Source: an uncultured Methanomicrobiaceae archaeon (GTDB lineage Archaea > Halobacteriota > Methanomicrobia > Methanomicrobiales > Methanoculleaceae). From it: 64,000 bases of DNA. The DNA lies in contig CAWGXH010000004.1 of the NCBI GenBank assembly GCA_963826525.1, positions 128,001 through 192,000 on the forward strand, read 5' to 3'. Numbering within the stretch: position 1 is the first letter of the stretch; every line of letters begins with the position of its first letter. Positions 55,913 to 64,000 of the stretch are shown in pieces. The notes beneath the pieces are model-generated. The model saw only the letters and a list, made by a program, of their open reading frames with translations. It searched no databases and was not told where the DNA came from. A program made the position numbers and the translations under genes.

Positions 55913-57157
55913 CCTCCGGACAGGTACCCTCAACCACCACGGTACGGGGTTCCTCGGGCACGTACAGCACCTCGCGCAGGGCTTCCTCGTCACCGGCAGT
56001 AACGGTGAACGGCTCCGCCCAGGCGAGGTACTTATGGATATCGTATGCGGGGTGACCACCGGTCATCCCCATACGGTTGTTCTTCAGAACGATACAGAGA
56101 AGCGGTTTACGCTTCTCATAGACGTCAATGAGAGCGTTGATGCCGGAATGGAGCAGGGCATAGTCCCCGGTGAGTGCTACCCTCGTGCTGGCCGCAGCAA
56201 CGGCGACGGACGACCCGAGGCCGTAACTTGCCTCGCCCACCCGGTAGGGGGGATTCATCGCCAGCACCGAGCAGCCCATATCGCAGATCGCCCGAAGACC
56301 CCGCTTCCTCATAAGGGAGAAGACAGCGATGGAACGGGCACTCCCGGCAGAATGTCCGATGAGTAGCCGCGGGTCTCCATCCGTTCCGGAGTCCCGGAGA
56401 GAACGGGAGGTTTGCACCACCGGTGCTCCCGCAGAAACGGCCGGCCGTGCTCGCAGGTATCGGCAAGGAGTGCCGGTTCTGCAGGCGGGGGATAGACCGT
56501 GACGGCCTGTGATTCTCCGAAGCACGTACCGACACCGACCGTTCCGCCCGTCACGCGGTTCAGCGAAGAATCGCGCGACCAGGCAAACATGGCGGCAGTC
56601 CGCCGTTCGGCATCGGCAACACGGCCTGGAAGCGTCAGCCCCGGATCGGCAAGCCGACCGGTGCCGCTCGTTCGCACGACCTCCCCTTCAGGGATATCGG
56701 CATCGAGAAGGAATGGGGTGACCCGGAGCAGTGCGGCGCGGGAGAAGGTCTCCGAAGCTTCGAACGCAGTCTCCACCGCCTGCCGACAGGTTGCGATGCC
56801 CGGTTCCAGCACGGGGATCTCTGCCAGTTCCCCGTAGTAGCGGGAGTCCTGAGCGTTCTGCGACGCCACCACGTCGACATCGTCCCCTGCGACGACCACC
56901 ACGCCCCCGCGAAGTCCCTGGGTGGTTGCGTTGACCAGCGGGTCGGCACAGGCGTTCAGCCCGACGTGTTTGACCACGACTGCCGCCCGGCGGCCGGCGA
57001 GGGAGTCCCCGAGGGCGTACTCGAGTGCCACCTTCTCGTTGACGGCAATCTCGGCGTCGAGAAGCGCCGCAAGCCCGGAGATGGGATAGCCCGGAACGGT
57101 GTAAAACCGGTCGGCGGAACGCCGGAGTGCCGATGCAAGCGCCGCATCACCCTTCAT
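55884..57157 (-). CDS. ThDP-dependent enzyme, short IorA-like (frameshift near 56360)
   Basis: VPGYP, NEKVALE, KHVGLN..ADPL, SQNAQDSR; CRECP, DMGCS, ThDP-binding GDYALLHSG...NNRMGMTGG. Confidence 0.82.
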
Positions 57158-58126
57158 GGTGTATCCCTCCCCGGCACAAGGTCGCAGCCGGTGCAGGCCG
57201 AGCACATCGAAAGAGCGTTTTTCGGCCTGATGTCCTCACGCTGCAGGGCTCGTTCATGGATCTCCAAGATCCGGAGGAGCCGGGATGCAGACGGGCGAGG
57301 TCTGTCGGCAAGGTCGGCTGCCGGCGAGAGTGGGCGGAGTACCGGGGATGACCCCAATCCGGGCGAGGTCGGTGATGCACCGCTCAAGGTCTTCGTCCGT
57401 CTCGCCAAGGCCGACGATGACGTTCGAGAAGACACGGCCACGGCCGAAGAGTGCAACCGACTGCCGGAGCACCTCCCATACGAATCCCCAGTCAAGGCCG
57501 GGGCACATCTCTGCGAAAATGGCAGGGGTCGCCGCCTCGATATTGAACTTCACTTCGGCAACACCGAGGTCGTGGAGCAGGCGGGGGGTGTTCTTTGTCG
57601 GGTAGATGGAGACGCCGATCGGAAGATCGAACCGCCGTAGCGCCTTCACGACATCGAGCACGTATGCTTCTTCCTCCGGAACCGTCGATGCAACCCCGGA
57701 CGTGATCGAGATGGCGTCGATCCCGTCCTTCACGCTCCCGACGAGTCCGACGATCTCATCGACCGATTTCCGCCTTCCCTCGAGAGACGGAACCGGGCAG
57801 TAGCGGCACCGGAAGATACACCTCCCGGTGACGGTGATGTACGCTTGCCGGGGGCAGTGCAGGGCCGCCGGTTCAAGCCGGCCGAAGACCGGCTCGCCCC
57901 CGATGATCAACTGTGCCTCCCCACCGCCTGTGTGTTCGAGCGTAAGAAGGGCTGCCGGATCGACGGTCAGCCTGACACGGCGGTCACCGACGGCAAAGAA
58001 GACCGAACCCGACCCTCCGGCAGAAGGACCGGCAGCGGAGCGGGATACATAGGTATCCGCCGCTTCTCCGGTCAGCCTGACCGAGCCCTCCGCAAGCAGG
58101 GTTGCCTTCAGTCGTTTCCAGTCCAT
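57154..58126 (-). CDS. Radical SAM protein with an extra C-terminal CxxCxxC (frameshift near 57345)
   Basis: CIFRCRYC, ISITSG, NIE, NVIVGLGE; C-terminal MCSACTGCDL in ORF 57154..57495. Confidence 0.88.
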
Positions 58127-59001
58127 AACGCGAGCGCCTCGTCGTATCTGGTCGCAAAGGGGATCGCGGCCACCGCCCCGATGATGCCCCGGCCATCCAT
58201 GGCGATCGTCAGGCGGGGATCGTCGAGTGCCGCGAGGTCGTCGTGCGAGACCTCGCCGCTCTTGACCTTCCGCCCGAACACCTCGAGCGGCCCTGGATGA
58301 AAACCGCGGTAGACGGCCATACCGGTCTTGTCGGAGAGCGTGTACTCCTCGAGATACTCCCGGAAACGCCGGACGAGCCCCACCGGATCGTCGGACGCGA
58401 ACTCGCAAGCGATTGCAACGCAGTTCTTCGTCCGATACGGGACAGGGTAGAGTTGAACGATGGTGTGAGAGAGGTAGCGAGACCGCGCATCCTCGACCGC
58501 GCGTGCGATGTTGTGCGCCAGCGTCCAGGTCGCACCCTCCTCGGGGGTATCCGTATCGTCCACCCCTATCAGCACCCGTTCTCTCCTCGGGAGCCAGATG
58601 GTGGAGCCGGCAAGCCTCCCCCCGCCGGCGGGGTCGCTCCGGAATCGGGTGACCCCGGGCGCGGATGCACGGCATATGGAGGCGCCGACGCCTCCGCCCC
58701 CAAGACCACGGTAGGTGATGGCGATCTCGGAATCATCCACCTCGACGCCGGCGATCCCCGCCGGGAATCGCGAGCCTTCGAGGGCAAGGTCGGCTAAACC
58801 GGTCCTGAGAAGATACCGGTTCGTCGACCCGACGGTGCGGATCGATTCGACAAGCGGGCTCTGCGCGTAGTGGTGTTTCACCCACATCGCCCCTCCGACA
58901 CAGTCGAAGAACTCTACCAGCTCGACACGAGTTCCGTCGTCGTCTGCCACCGCGACGATCTGAGGATACCGGATCGTGTAGGGATCAGAGAGTTTCTCCA
59001 T
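58108..59001 (-). CDS. Methanogenesis marker protein 11 family, paralogue 2
   Basis: DPY.IRYPQI, DCVGGAMW, GLGGGGVGA, IGVDDTDTPEEGATW, HTIVQLYP, TKNCV, GIIGAVAA. Confidence 0.8.
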   Translation of the reverse strand: MEKLSDPYTIRYPQIVAVADDDGTRVELVEFFDCVGGAMWVKHHYAQSPLVESIRTVGSTNRYLLRTGLADLALEGSRFPAGIAGVEVDDSEIAITYRGLGGGGVGASICRASAPGVTRFRSDPAGGGRLAGSTIWLPRRERVLIGVDDTDTPEEGATWTLAHNIARAVEDARSRYLSHTIVQLYPVPYRTKNCVAIACEFASDDPVGLVRRFREYLEEYTLSDKTGMAVYRGFHPGPLEVFGRKVKSGEVSHDDLAALDDPRLTIAMDGRGIIGAVAAIPFATRYDEALALWTGND

Positions 59002-59942
59002 ACAGCCCTGCCGCTTCACTACCCTTGTTCGCCCAGAGCACCGCGCCAAGTGCCCCAATCCGCCCTTTCCTCCCGGTACGGTCGATGTATTGGATGCCGA
59101 GCCGCTCTGCTTCCGCGTGCGCTTCGTCAAGCGTCAGGATATCCGTCTTCACCCGCCGGAGGAACTCCGATTCTTCAGGGAACGCAATCCCCCGGAAGAC
59201 GGCGATACCCGTATCGTTGCTGACTGCCCGGGACTCGATGAAATCGCGCACGTAGGTAAGAAGTTCGTCGACCCGGCCCGGCATGAACCGCAAAGTTCAG
59301 TGCAGAACCCACGCAGTTCGTCGTCTTCTTCGGCACGGCAGGGTTCAGCTGCACGAGGCGCATATCTAGGTACTCGACTCCCGGGATGGCGCAGCTCTCG
59401 GCGCACTGCAGGGCGAGCACCCAGGTGGCTCCCTCTTCCCGGGTATCGGTGTCGTCGATGCCGATCGTCACCTTCTCATAGCGTGGCGAGACGATCCGAA
59501 CCCGGCACGTCCGGGCACCGCCGGGCCTGAGGTCGTCTTCGGACAGGTACTCCGTGCGGATCACCCCGGGTGCCTGGGGGAGGCAGGCGGCGATGCCGAC
59601 ACCGGCACCGGCGATCCCCGACCAGGAGGTTACCACTTCATCGCCCTGCACCTCGACACCCTCGAGCGCCTGCCCGCCGATCTCGCGATCCGCCGCCCCG
59701 AAGTTCACCGGGGATCTCCCGAGGTTCGCGAGCATCGTCATCGACGTTCCCTCGACGAAGGCCGATCGGAGAGCGCCTCCGGCACGGCGCCGATTCGCGG
59801 CATCCCACTCGATGGTGCCCCGTGCCCGGCACTGCTCGCGTACTTCCGCAACTCCTGCCTTCTCATCAATCATAACGAGAAACTTCCGGGCAAACAGCGG
59901 CCCGTAGCGTGCCCTGACATCCTCCGGCGTGAGCGTAACCAT
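58985..59942 (-). CDS. Methanogenesis marker protein 11 family, paralogue 1 (frameshift near 59285)
   Basis: GIAGAGVG, IGIDDTDTREEGATW, LVQLNP, KTTNCV, TGIAVFRG, GRIGALGA. Confidence 0.8.
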
Positions 59943-59984
59943 GGTATCACCGAAAATTTCGTTAACAGGTTTATCGTTGACGAG

Positions 59985-59998
59985 AATATATATAAAAA
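59985..59998 (-). promoter_or_regulatory. TATA box of the mmp11-aks operon
   Basis: TTTTTATATATATT about 45 bp upstream of ATG 59942; GGTGAT RBS; follows the T-tract after ftr. Confidence 0.6.
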
Positions 59999-60033
59999 GA
60001 TCGATCCGGGGCGAAAGCAGAGAAAAAAAGGGT

Positions 60034-60942
60034 TTAAAGTTCGTCCGCGAGGACGTCTTTGAGATCGAACCTGAACGGACCGAGGCTGCCACCGAAGTTT
60101 CCGGCACTGATGAACTTCACGCCGGGGACCTTGGTCGCGGCCTTGATGCCTTCTGACATAGCCAGTTTAACGGCATCTTCGTCGACACCGTCGATGACGA
60201 TCTCGTAGATGGCCTTGACGCCATCAGGAACGTTGCTGTTCTCGACCTTCCCTTTCAGGGTAGGACAGTAGGCTTCGTTGGTGCTTGCGGGCATGAACTT
60301 ATACTTCTTGCTGCCCACCTTGGAACCGCTGGCGACGATACCACCGGGGAACGGCGTGATGACACCGCAGACACCACTGATCGCGTCGACTGCGGCCTGT
60401 GCCCCCATGAGAGCGGACATCTGCGTCTCTCCCATGACGAAGAAGTTACCGCCGGCAACTCCCTTCACGGCACCGAACTCTTCCTCGCCGATGTACTCAC
60501 CCTCCATGATCGGGATGGCCCACACCGTTCTGCCGCCGACTTCACGCTTCTCCTCGTATCCGTCACCGAAGAAGTGGAGTTTGACCGGGATCTTCTCGGC
60601 GACTTCTGCAATAACGTCACCGAGACCGTCGAATGCGGCAGTCGTCGGTGCGGTCAGGATGCATTCGCTGATCCGCTCGACGAGCTGCTCTTTCAGCTTC
60701 TTCTTGCTTGCACAGATCAGGATGGCATAGCCCGGCCTGCCGTCGGGAGTCTCGTCGGGTGAGACGAAGCAGTCGATTCCGGCTTCTGCAGGGCAGCCGA
60801 TAGCGGAAGTGGCAAAGCCAACCGCCTCGACGGCTGATTTGTATGCCCATTCCTCAGTTACTGCCGTGATGACGACCCGTGCTACCCAGGTCGGGAAGGC
60901 CTCTGCATACGTATCGTCAATCGGTACACCATTAAGTTCCAT
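60034..60942 (-). CDS. ftr: Formylmethanofuran:tetrahydromethanopterin formyltransferase
   Basis: [64 protein letters not shown]. Confidence 0.96.
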   Translation of the reverse strand: MELNGVPIDDTYAEAFPTWVARVVITAVTEEWAYKSAVEAVGFATSAIGCPAEAGIDCFVSPDETPDGRPGYAILICASKKKLKEQLVERISECILTAPTTAAFDGLGDVIAEVAEKIPVKLHFFGDGYEEKREVGGRTVWAIPIMEGEYIGEEEFGAVKGVAGGNFFVMGETQMSALMGAQAAVDAISGVCGVITPFPGGIVASGSKVGSKKYKFMPASTNEAYCPTLKGKVENSNVPDGVKAIYEIVIDGVDEDAVKLAMSEGIKAATKVPGVKFISAGNFGGSLGPFRFDLKDVLADEL

Positions 60943-62003
60943 ATCTTCACCTCGTTTCTACAATGTCATGATCTTGCTAGAATAAAGTTTCTTTTTAATC
61001 CGCACCGGAGCAGGAAGACCGTCCTCCGGAGTGACGACGCCACCAAAACCCCCTCCTTTTGCGCCGCCGGGGACGGATGAAAGAGCGATCGATAAACGGG
61101 ATATTACCGCAGATTCCGAAAATACCCCATTTAAACAGAGAAAAGCACCAATAGCGCCACGGATAGAGGGTTTTTGAGGGGCAGTGACGACATGAACGGA
61201 CACTGAAATTTGACAGGTTCGACCTGGATACCGAAAACAATAAATCGGCTATCAGGTCACGAATAGCCCCATACGGAATAGTATCAGGGTTTCAAAGAGA
61301 CTGCGAGGGCGTGAGATTCCACAACCATTTCGAACAGTCCTGTGGATAGACCGCCGTAGATGCCGATAACGTCCGTTATGAACCAGAGTGTATCCGGAAT
61401 GTGAAAAAGGACACCATACCACTGCTATCACCGAAGGAATGTATATACCATTGCAGGACTCCCGTCACCGGGAGTAAATGAGATAAAATTGTCACCCAAT
61501 TCAACCCAAAGACAGGGACTCTAAGGACATGGAGCATCGGCACTATCGCGCCCCCCGAAAGAAGGGCGGTCAGGAAACCCGGGGCAGCAGAGATGTTTTT
61601 TCGCACTTTACAGAATAACTGTAGAGAAACGGGAAATTACCGAAAGAATAGGAACTATCAAGCGCATCATATATTGGATAGAGCATATGCGGCAAAAATA
61701 TAAAATGACACAGATAAAACATCCTCGGATACCAACACAGGAAAACGAACAGAATCATAGGTGACCGGGCGGGCAGCAGAGTTGTTGGATATATACCTTC
61801 TGATTTGCGTCTGAAGCCGCACTGCAAACAGGAAGAATACCCGGTCGGATTTAGTTAACCCGGTTACTTATTTAATATATTAAGATTAATATAAGAAATC
61901 ATTATCAGATTTAAAGACTGCGATAATGCAGAAGGTTTATGTATATTATTTGACAACTTTTTACATATCGATTTCTAATCGATCAGATCTGGTGCGTGAT
62001 ACC

Positions 62004-62276
62004 ATGGCATTTGCATTGCACATCAATATGGAACGATGTACAGGCTGTAACAACTGCGTGGTGGCATGCCCTGTGGACGCTCTCGAACTCTACACTGAAG
62101 ATCCTGTAACCAAGGACAAGATCTACAGGGTCAAGGACGGCAAGGCTGTTGTCCTTGACTTCAACTCAGAGCTCTGCGCCGGTTGCGGCGTATGTGTCCA
62201 GGCATGCCCCTACGATGTGATACGGCTTGTTGGACCGTGGGAAGCCAGGGCAAAGACCCGGAAAGCGGTAGTATAG
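62004..62276 (+). CDS. fwdG: 2x[4Fe-4S] protein, formylmethanofuran dehydrogenase subunit G-like
   Basis: CTGCNNCVVACP and CAGCGVCVQACP; precedes fwdF. Confidence 0.75.
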   Translation: MAFALHINMERCTGCNNCVVACPVDALELYTEDPVTKDKIYRVKDGKAVVLDFNSELCAGCGVCVQACPYDVIRLVGPWEARAKTRKAVV

Positions 62277-62291
62277 GAGTGATTTCAATCT

Positions 62292-63452
62292 ATGGCACTG
62301 TTTCCAAAATACTCTAAAAAACAGGAAGGCCAGAACGTCATCATGGAGCAGAGGCTCCTGAAGAGCGTTAACAACCTGATCCTGAACTCCGAGACATGCA
62401 CGGGATGCGGTATCTGCGTCGATGCATGTCCTGAAGAGGCAATCGTGCTCGGACCAGTCGGTGCGGCACGCAGAGGGGCAGTTGACTACGCAGCACCCGT
62501 CGACGTCGACGCTGAGAAGTGTTCGTACTGTGGTGTCTGTGTGATCATGTGTCCGTTCAACGCGATGACCCTGAAGATCGACGAGGAGGAGCGACTCCCG
62601 ATCCTCGAGCAGGAAGGGTTCCCCCAGTATGACATGGTCACTGCCATCGACGAAGAGAAGTGCAGCAGATGCACTACCTGCGCCGATGTCTGTCCAAGGG
62701 ACGCAATCTCCCGCGATGTGCCCGCATTTGAGGGGACGAGCGCGGAAGGGAAGCCCCGTCAGGCAGCCCTGCAGACCAAGACGACGTTCAATGTAGATAC
62801 CGAGAAGTGCAACATCTGCGGCGTCTGCGGAGAGCTCTGTCCCGCAATCGACGTAAAACGAAAGCCCATCAGTGCCGAATCCGGCAAGATCGAGGGCGAA
62901 GTCAAGTGGGACGAGTCACAGTGTGATGCCTGCCAGGTCTGTGTCGAGGCCTGCCCCGAGGAATGTATCACCGTTGTGCGCGAAGTCATCAGCGACAAGC
63001 TCCCCGGCAAGGTCGATATCGTTCAGGACAACTGTTGCACCTGTACCTGGTGCGTCGAGTCCTGCCCCGAGGAAGCGATCACGGTGGAGAAGATCTTCGA
63101 GGGCGACATCGAGTTCCACCCCGAGAAGTGCCCCGGCGGCTGCTCCACCTGCGTCGAGGTCTGCCCCTGCAACGCAATCTACCTGCCAAGCCCCGTCCCT
63201 GCCAAGCAGATGAAGGGCGAGATTGAGGCGAACATCGCCGTCAACAAGGACTACTGCATCCTCTGCGGCGCATGTGTGAATGCCTGCCCCGGCGAGGATA
63301 TCATCGTCCTGCGGCGCACCGGTGTCCGCATGAAGGGTAAGGAGACCGACCTCTTCAAGCGTATCAAGGAAAAGCTCCTCGTACCAAGAACCTCGAAGGT
63401 CAAGGAGTCATCCCCCGGTGAGGCTGAAGTCAAAGTTCTGGGAGAAGCGTGA
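62292..63452 (+). CDS. fwdF: Polyferredoxin, formylmethanofuran dehydrogenase subunit F
   Basis: Eight CxxCxxCxxxCP-type motifs including CPGGCSTC; between the fwdG-like gene and hdrC. Confidence 0.85.
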   Translation: MALFPKYSKKQEGQNVIMEQRLLKSVNNLILNSETCTGCGICVDACPEEAIVLGPVGAARRGAVDYAAPVDVDAEKCSYCGVCVIMCPFNAMTLKIDEEERLPILEQEGFPQYDMVTAIDEEKCSRCTTCADVCPRDAISRDVPAFEGTSAEGKPRQAALQTKTTFNVDTEKCNICGVCGELCPAIDVKRKPISAESGKIEGEVKWDESQCDACQVCVEACPEECITVVREVISDKLPGKVDIVQDNCCTCTWCVESCPEEAITVEKIFEGDIEFHPEKCPGGCSTCVEVCPCNAIYLPSPVPAKQMKGEIEANIAVNKDYCILCGACVNACPGEDIIVLRRTGVRMKGKETDLFKRIKEKLLVPRTSKVKESSPGEAEVKVLGEA

Positions 63453-63461
63453 GGGATAGTC

Positions 63462-64000
63462 ATGGCAAGAGCGAAGAATTACAAAGACCCAAAACTTGCA
63501 GAGAAACTCCGGGACCGGAAGTTCTACACAACCGACAGTAACCCCGAGTTCCTCAAGGAAGTCGAGAAGATCGGGCAGACGCCCGCCCACATGTGCTATC
63601 AGTGCGGTACCTGCACCGGTTCGTGCCCGTCGGCACCCAGAAGCTCCTACCGGATCCGGCTGTTCATGCGTAAGGCCGTCCTCGGACTCGAAGAGGAAAT
63701 ACTCACCGATCCCGACCTCTGGCTCTGCACCACCTGCTACAGCTGCACCGACCGCTGCCCGCGCGACCTCGCGCCGACCGACGTCATCATGGCGATGAGG
63801 AACCTCGCCTTCAAGCGCGACATCATTCCACGCAACTTCCTGCAGACCGTTCAGCTGATCTACAAGTCCGGTCACGGCGTTCCGAACAACGACGTCAACC
63901 GGGCAGCTCGCGTGAAACTCGGGCTCGAAGCCGAACCTGAGACCACTCACAAGTACCCCGAGTATCTGCCGGGTATCCGGAAGATGCTGGACCACTACAA
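63462..64000 (+). CDS. hdrC: Heterodisulfide reductase subunit C, truncated by window end
   Basis: Manual translation: MARAKNYKDPK...MCYQCGTCTGSCPS...LWLCTTCYSCTDRCPR...MAMRN. Confidence 0.93.
   Translation, partial: MARAKNYKDPKLAEKLRDRKFYTTDSNPEFLKEVEKIGQTPAHMCYQCGTCTGSCPSAPRSSYRIRLFMRKAVLGLEEEILTDPDLWLCTTCYSCTDRCPRDLAPTDVIMAMRNLAFKRDIIPRNFLQTVQLIYKSGHGVPNNDVNRAARVKLGLEAEPETTHKYPEYLPGIRKMLDHY

Noticed and set aside
58108-59942. tiaS (tRNA-Ile2 agmatidine synthetase)
   Set aside because: The GxDDTD motif is mid-protein and no C-terminal OB-fold or zinc ribbon is evident; the sequences fit the marker-11 family better.

Overview
Chromosomal segment of a GC-rich hydrogenotrophic methanogen, most likely Methanomicrobiales (Methanoculleus-like; inferred from gene content and GC, not searched). 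In order it contains: the end of a surface-polysaccharide locus; cdc6/orc1; mch; tRNA-Val(TAC) with an antisense ribbon-helix-helix ORF reading into it; preA, nudC and an M24 peptidase; an isolated ORB-like element; SET-domain and PAS proteins; an ABC-2 exporter; five tandem 58-aa CxxC-x17-CxxC zinc-ribbon genes (218-bp period); a methyltransferase/ATP-grasp fusion; nifB; an OGG-type glycosylase; modABC; a Mo-nitrogenase operon (nifH-I1-I2-D-K-E-N, 2Fe-2S ferredoxin, AnfO-like) with an NrpR operator; ahcY; hisF; endA-trpS-pheS-pheT; a beta-propeller/PKD surface protein; nfo; a nine-gene overlapping operon; ftr; and the start of fwdG-fwdF-hdrC. The nine-gene operon joins aksA/D/E/F-type 2-oxoacid elongation genes to two methanogenesis-marker-11 paralogues, a radical SAM enzyme, a ThDP enzyme and a Cys-rich protein. 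It is the best candidate for an undescribed system, namely the late steps of coenzyme B biosynthesis. About 20 genes, including essential mch, carry small frameshifts that I treat as sequencing/assembly indels. All family assignments come from motif recognition only, and coordinates of frameshifted genes are approximate.
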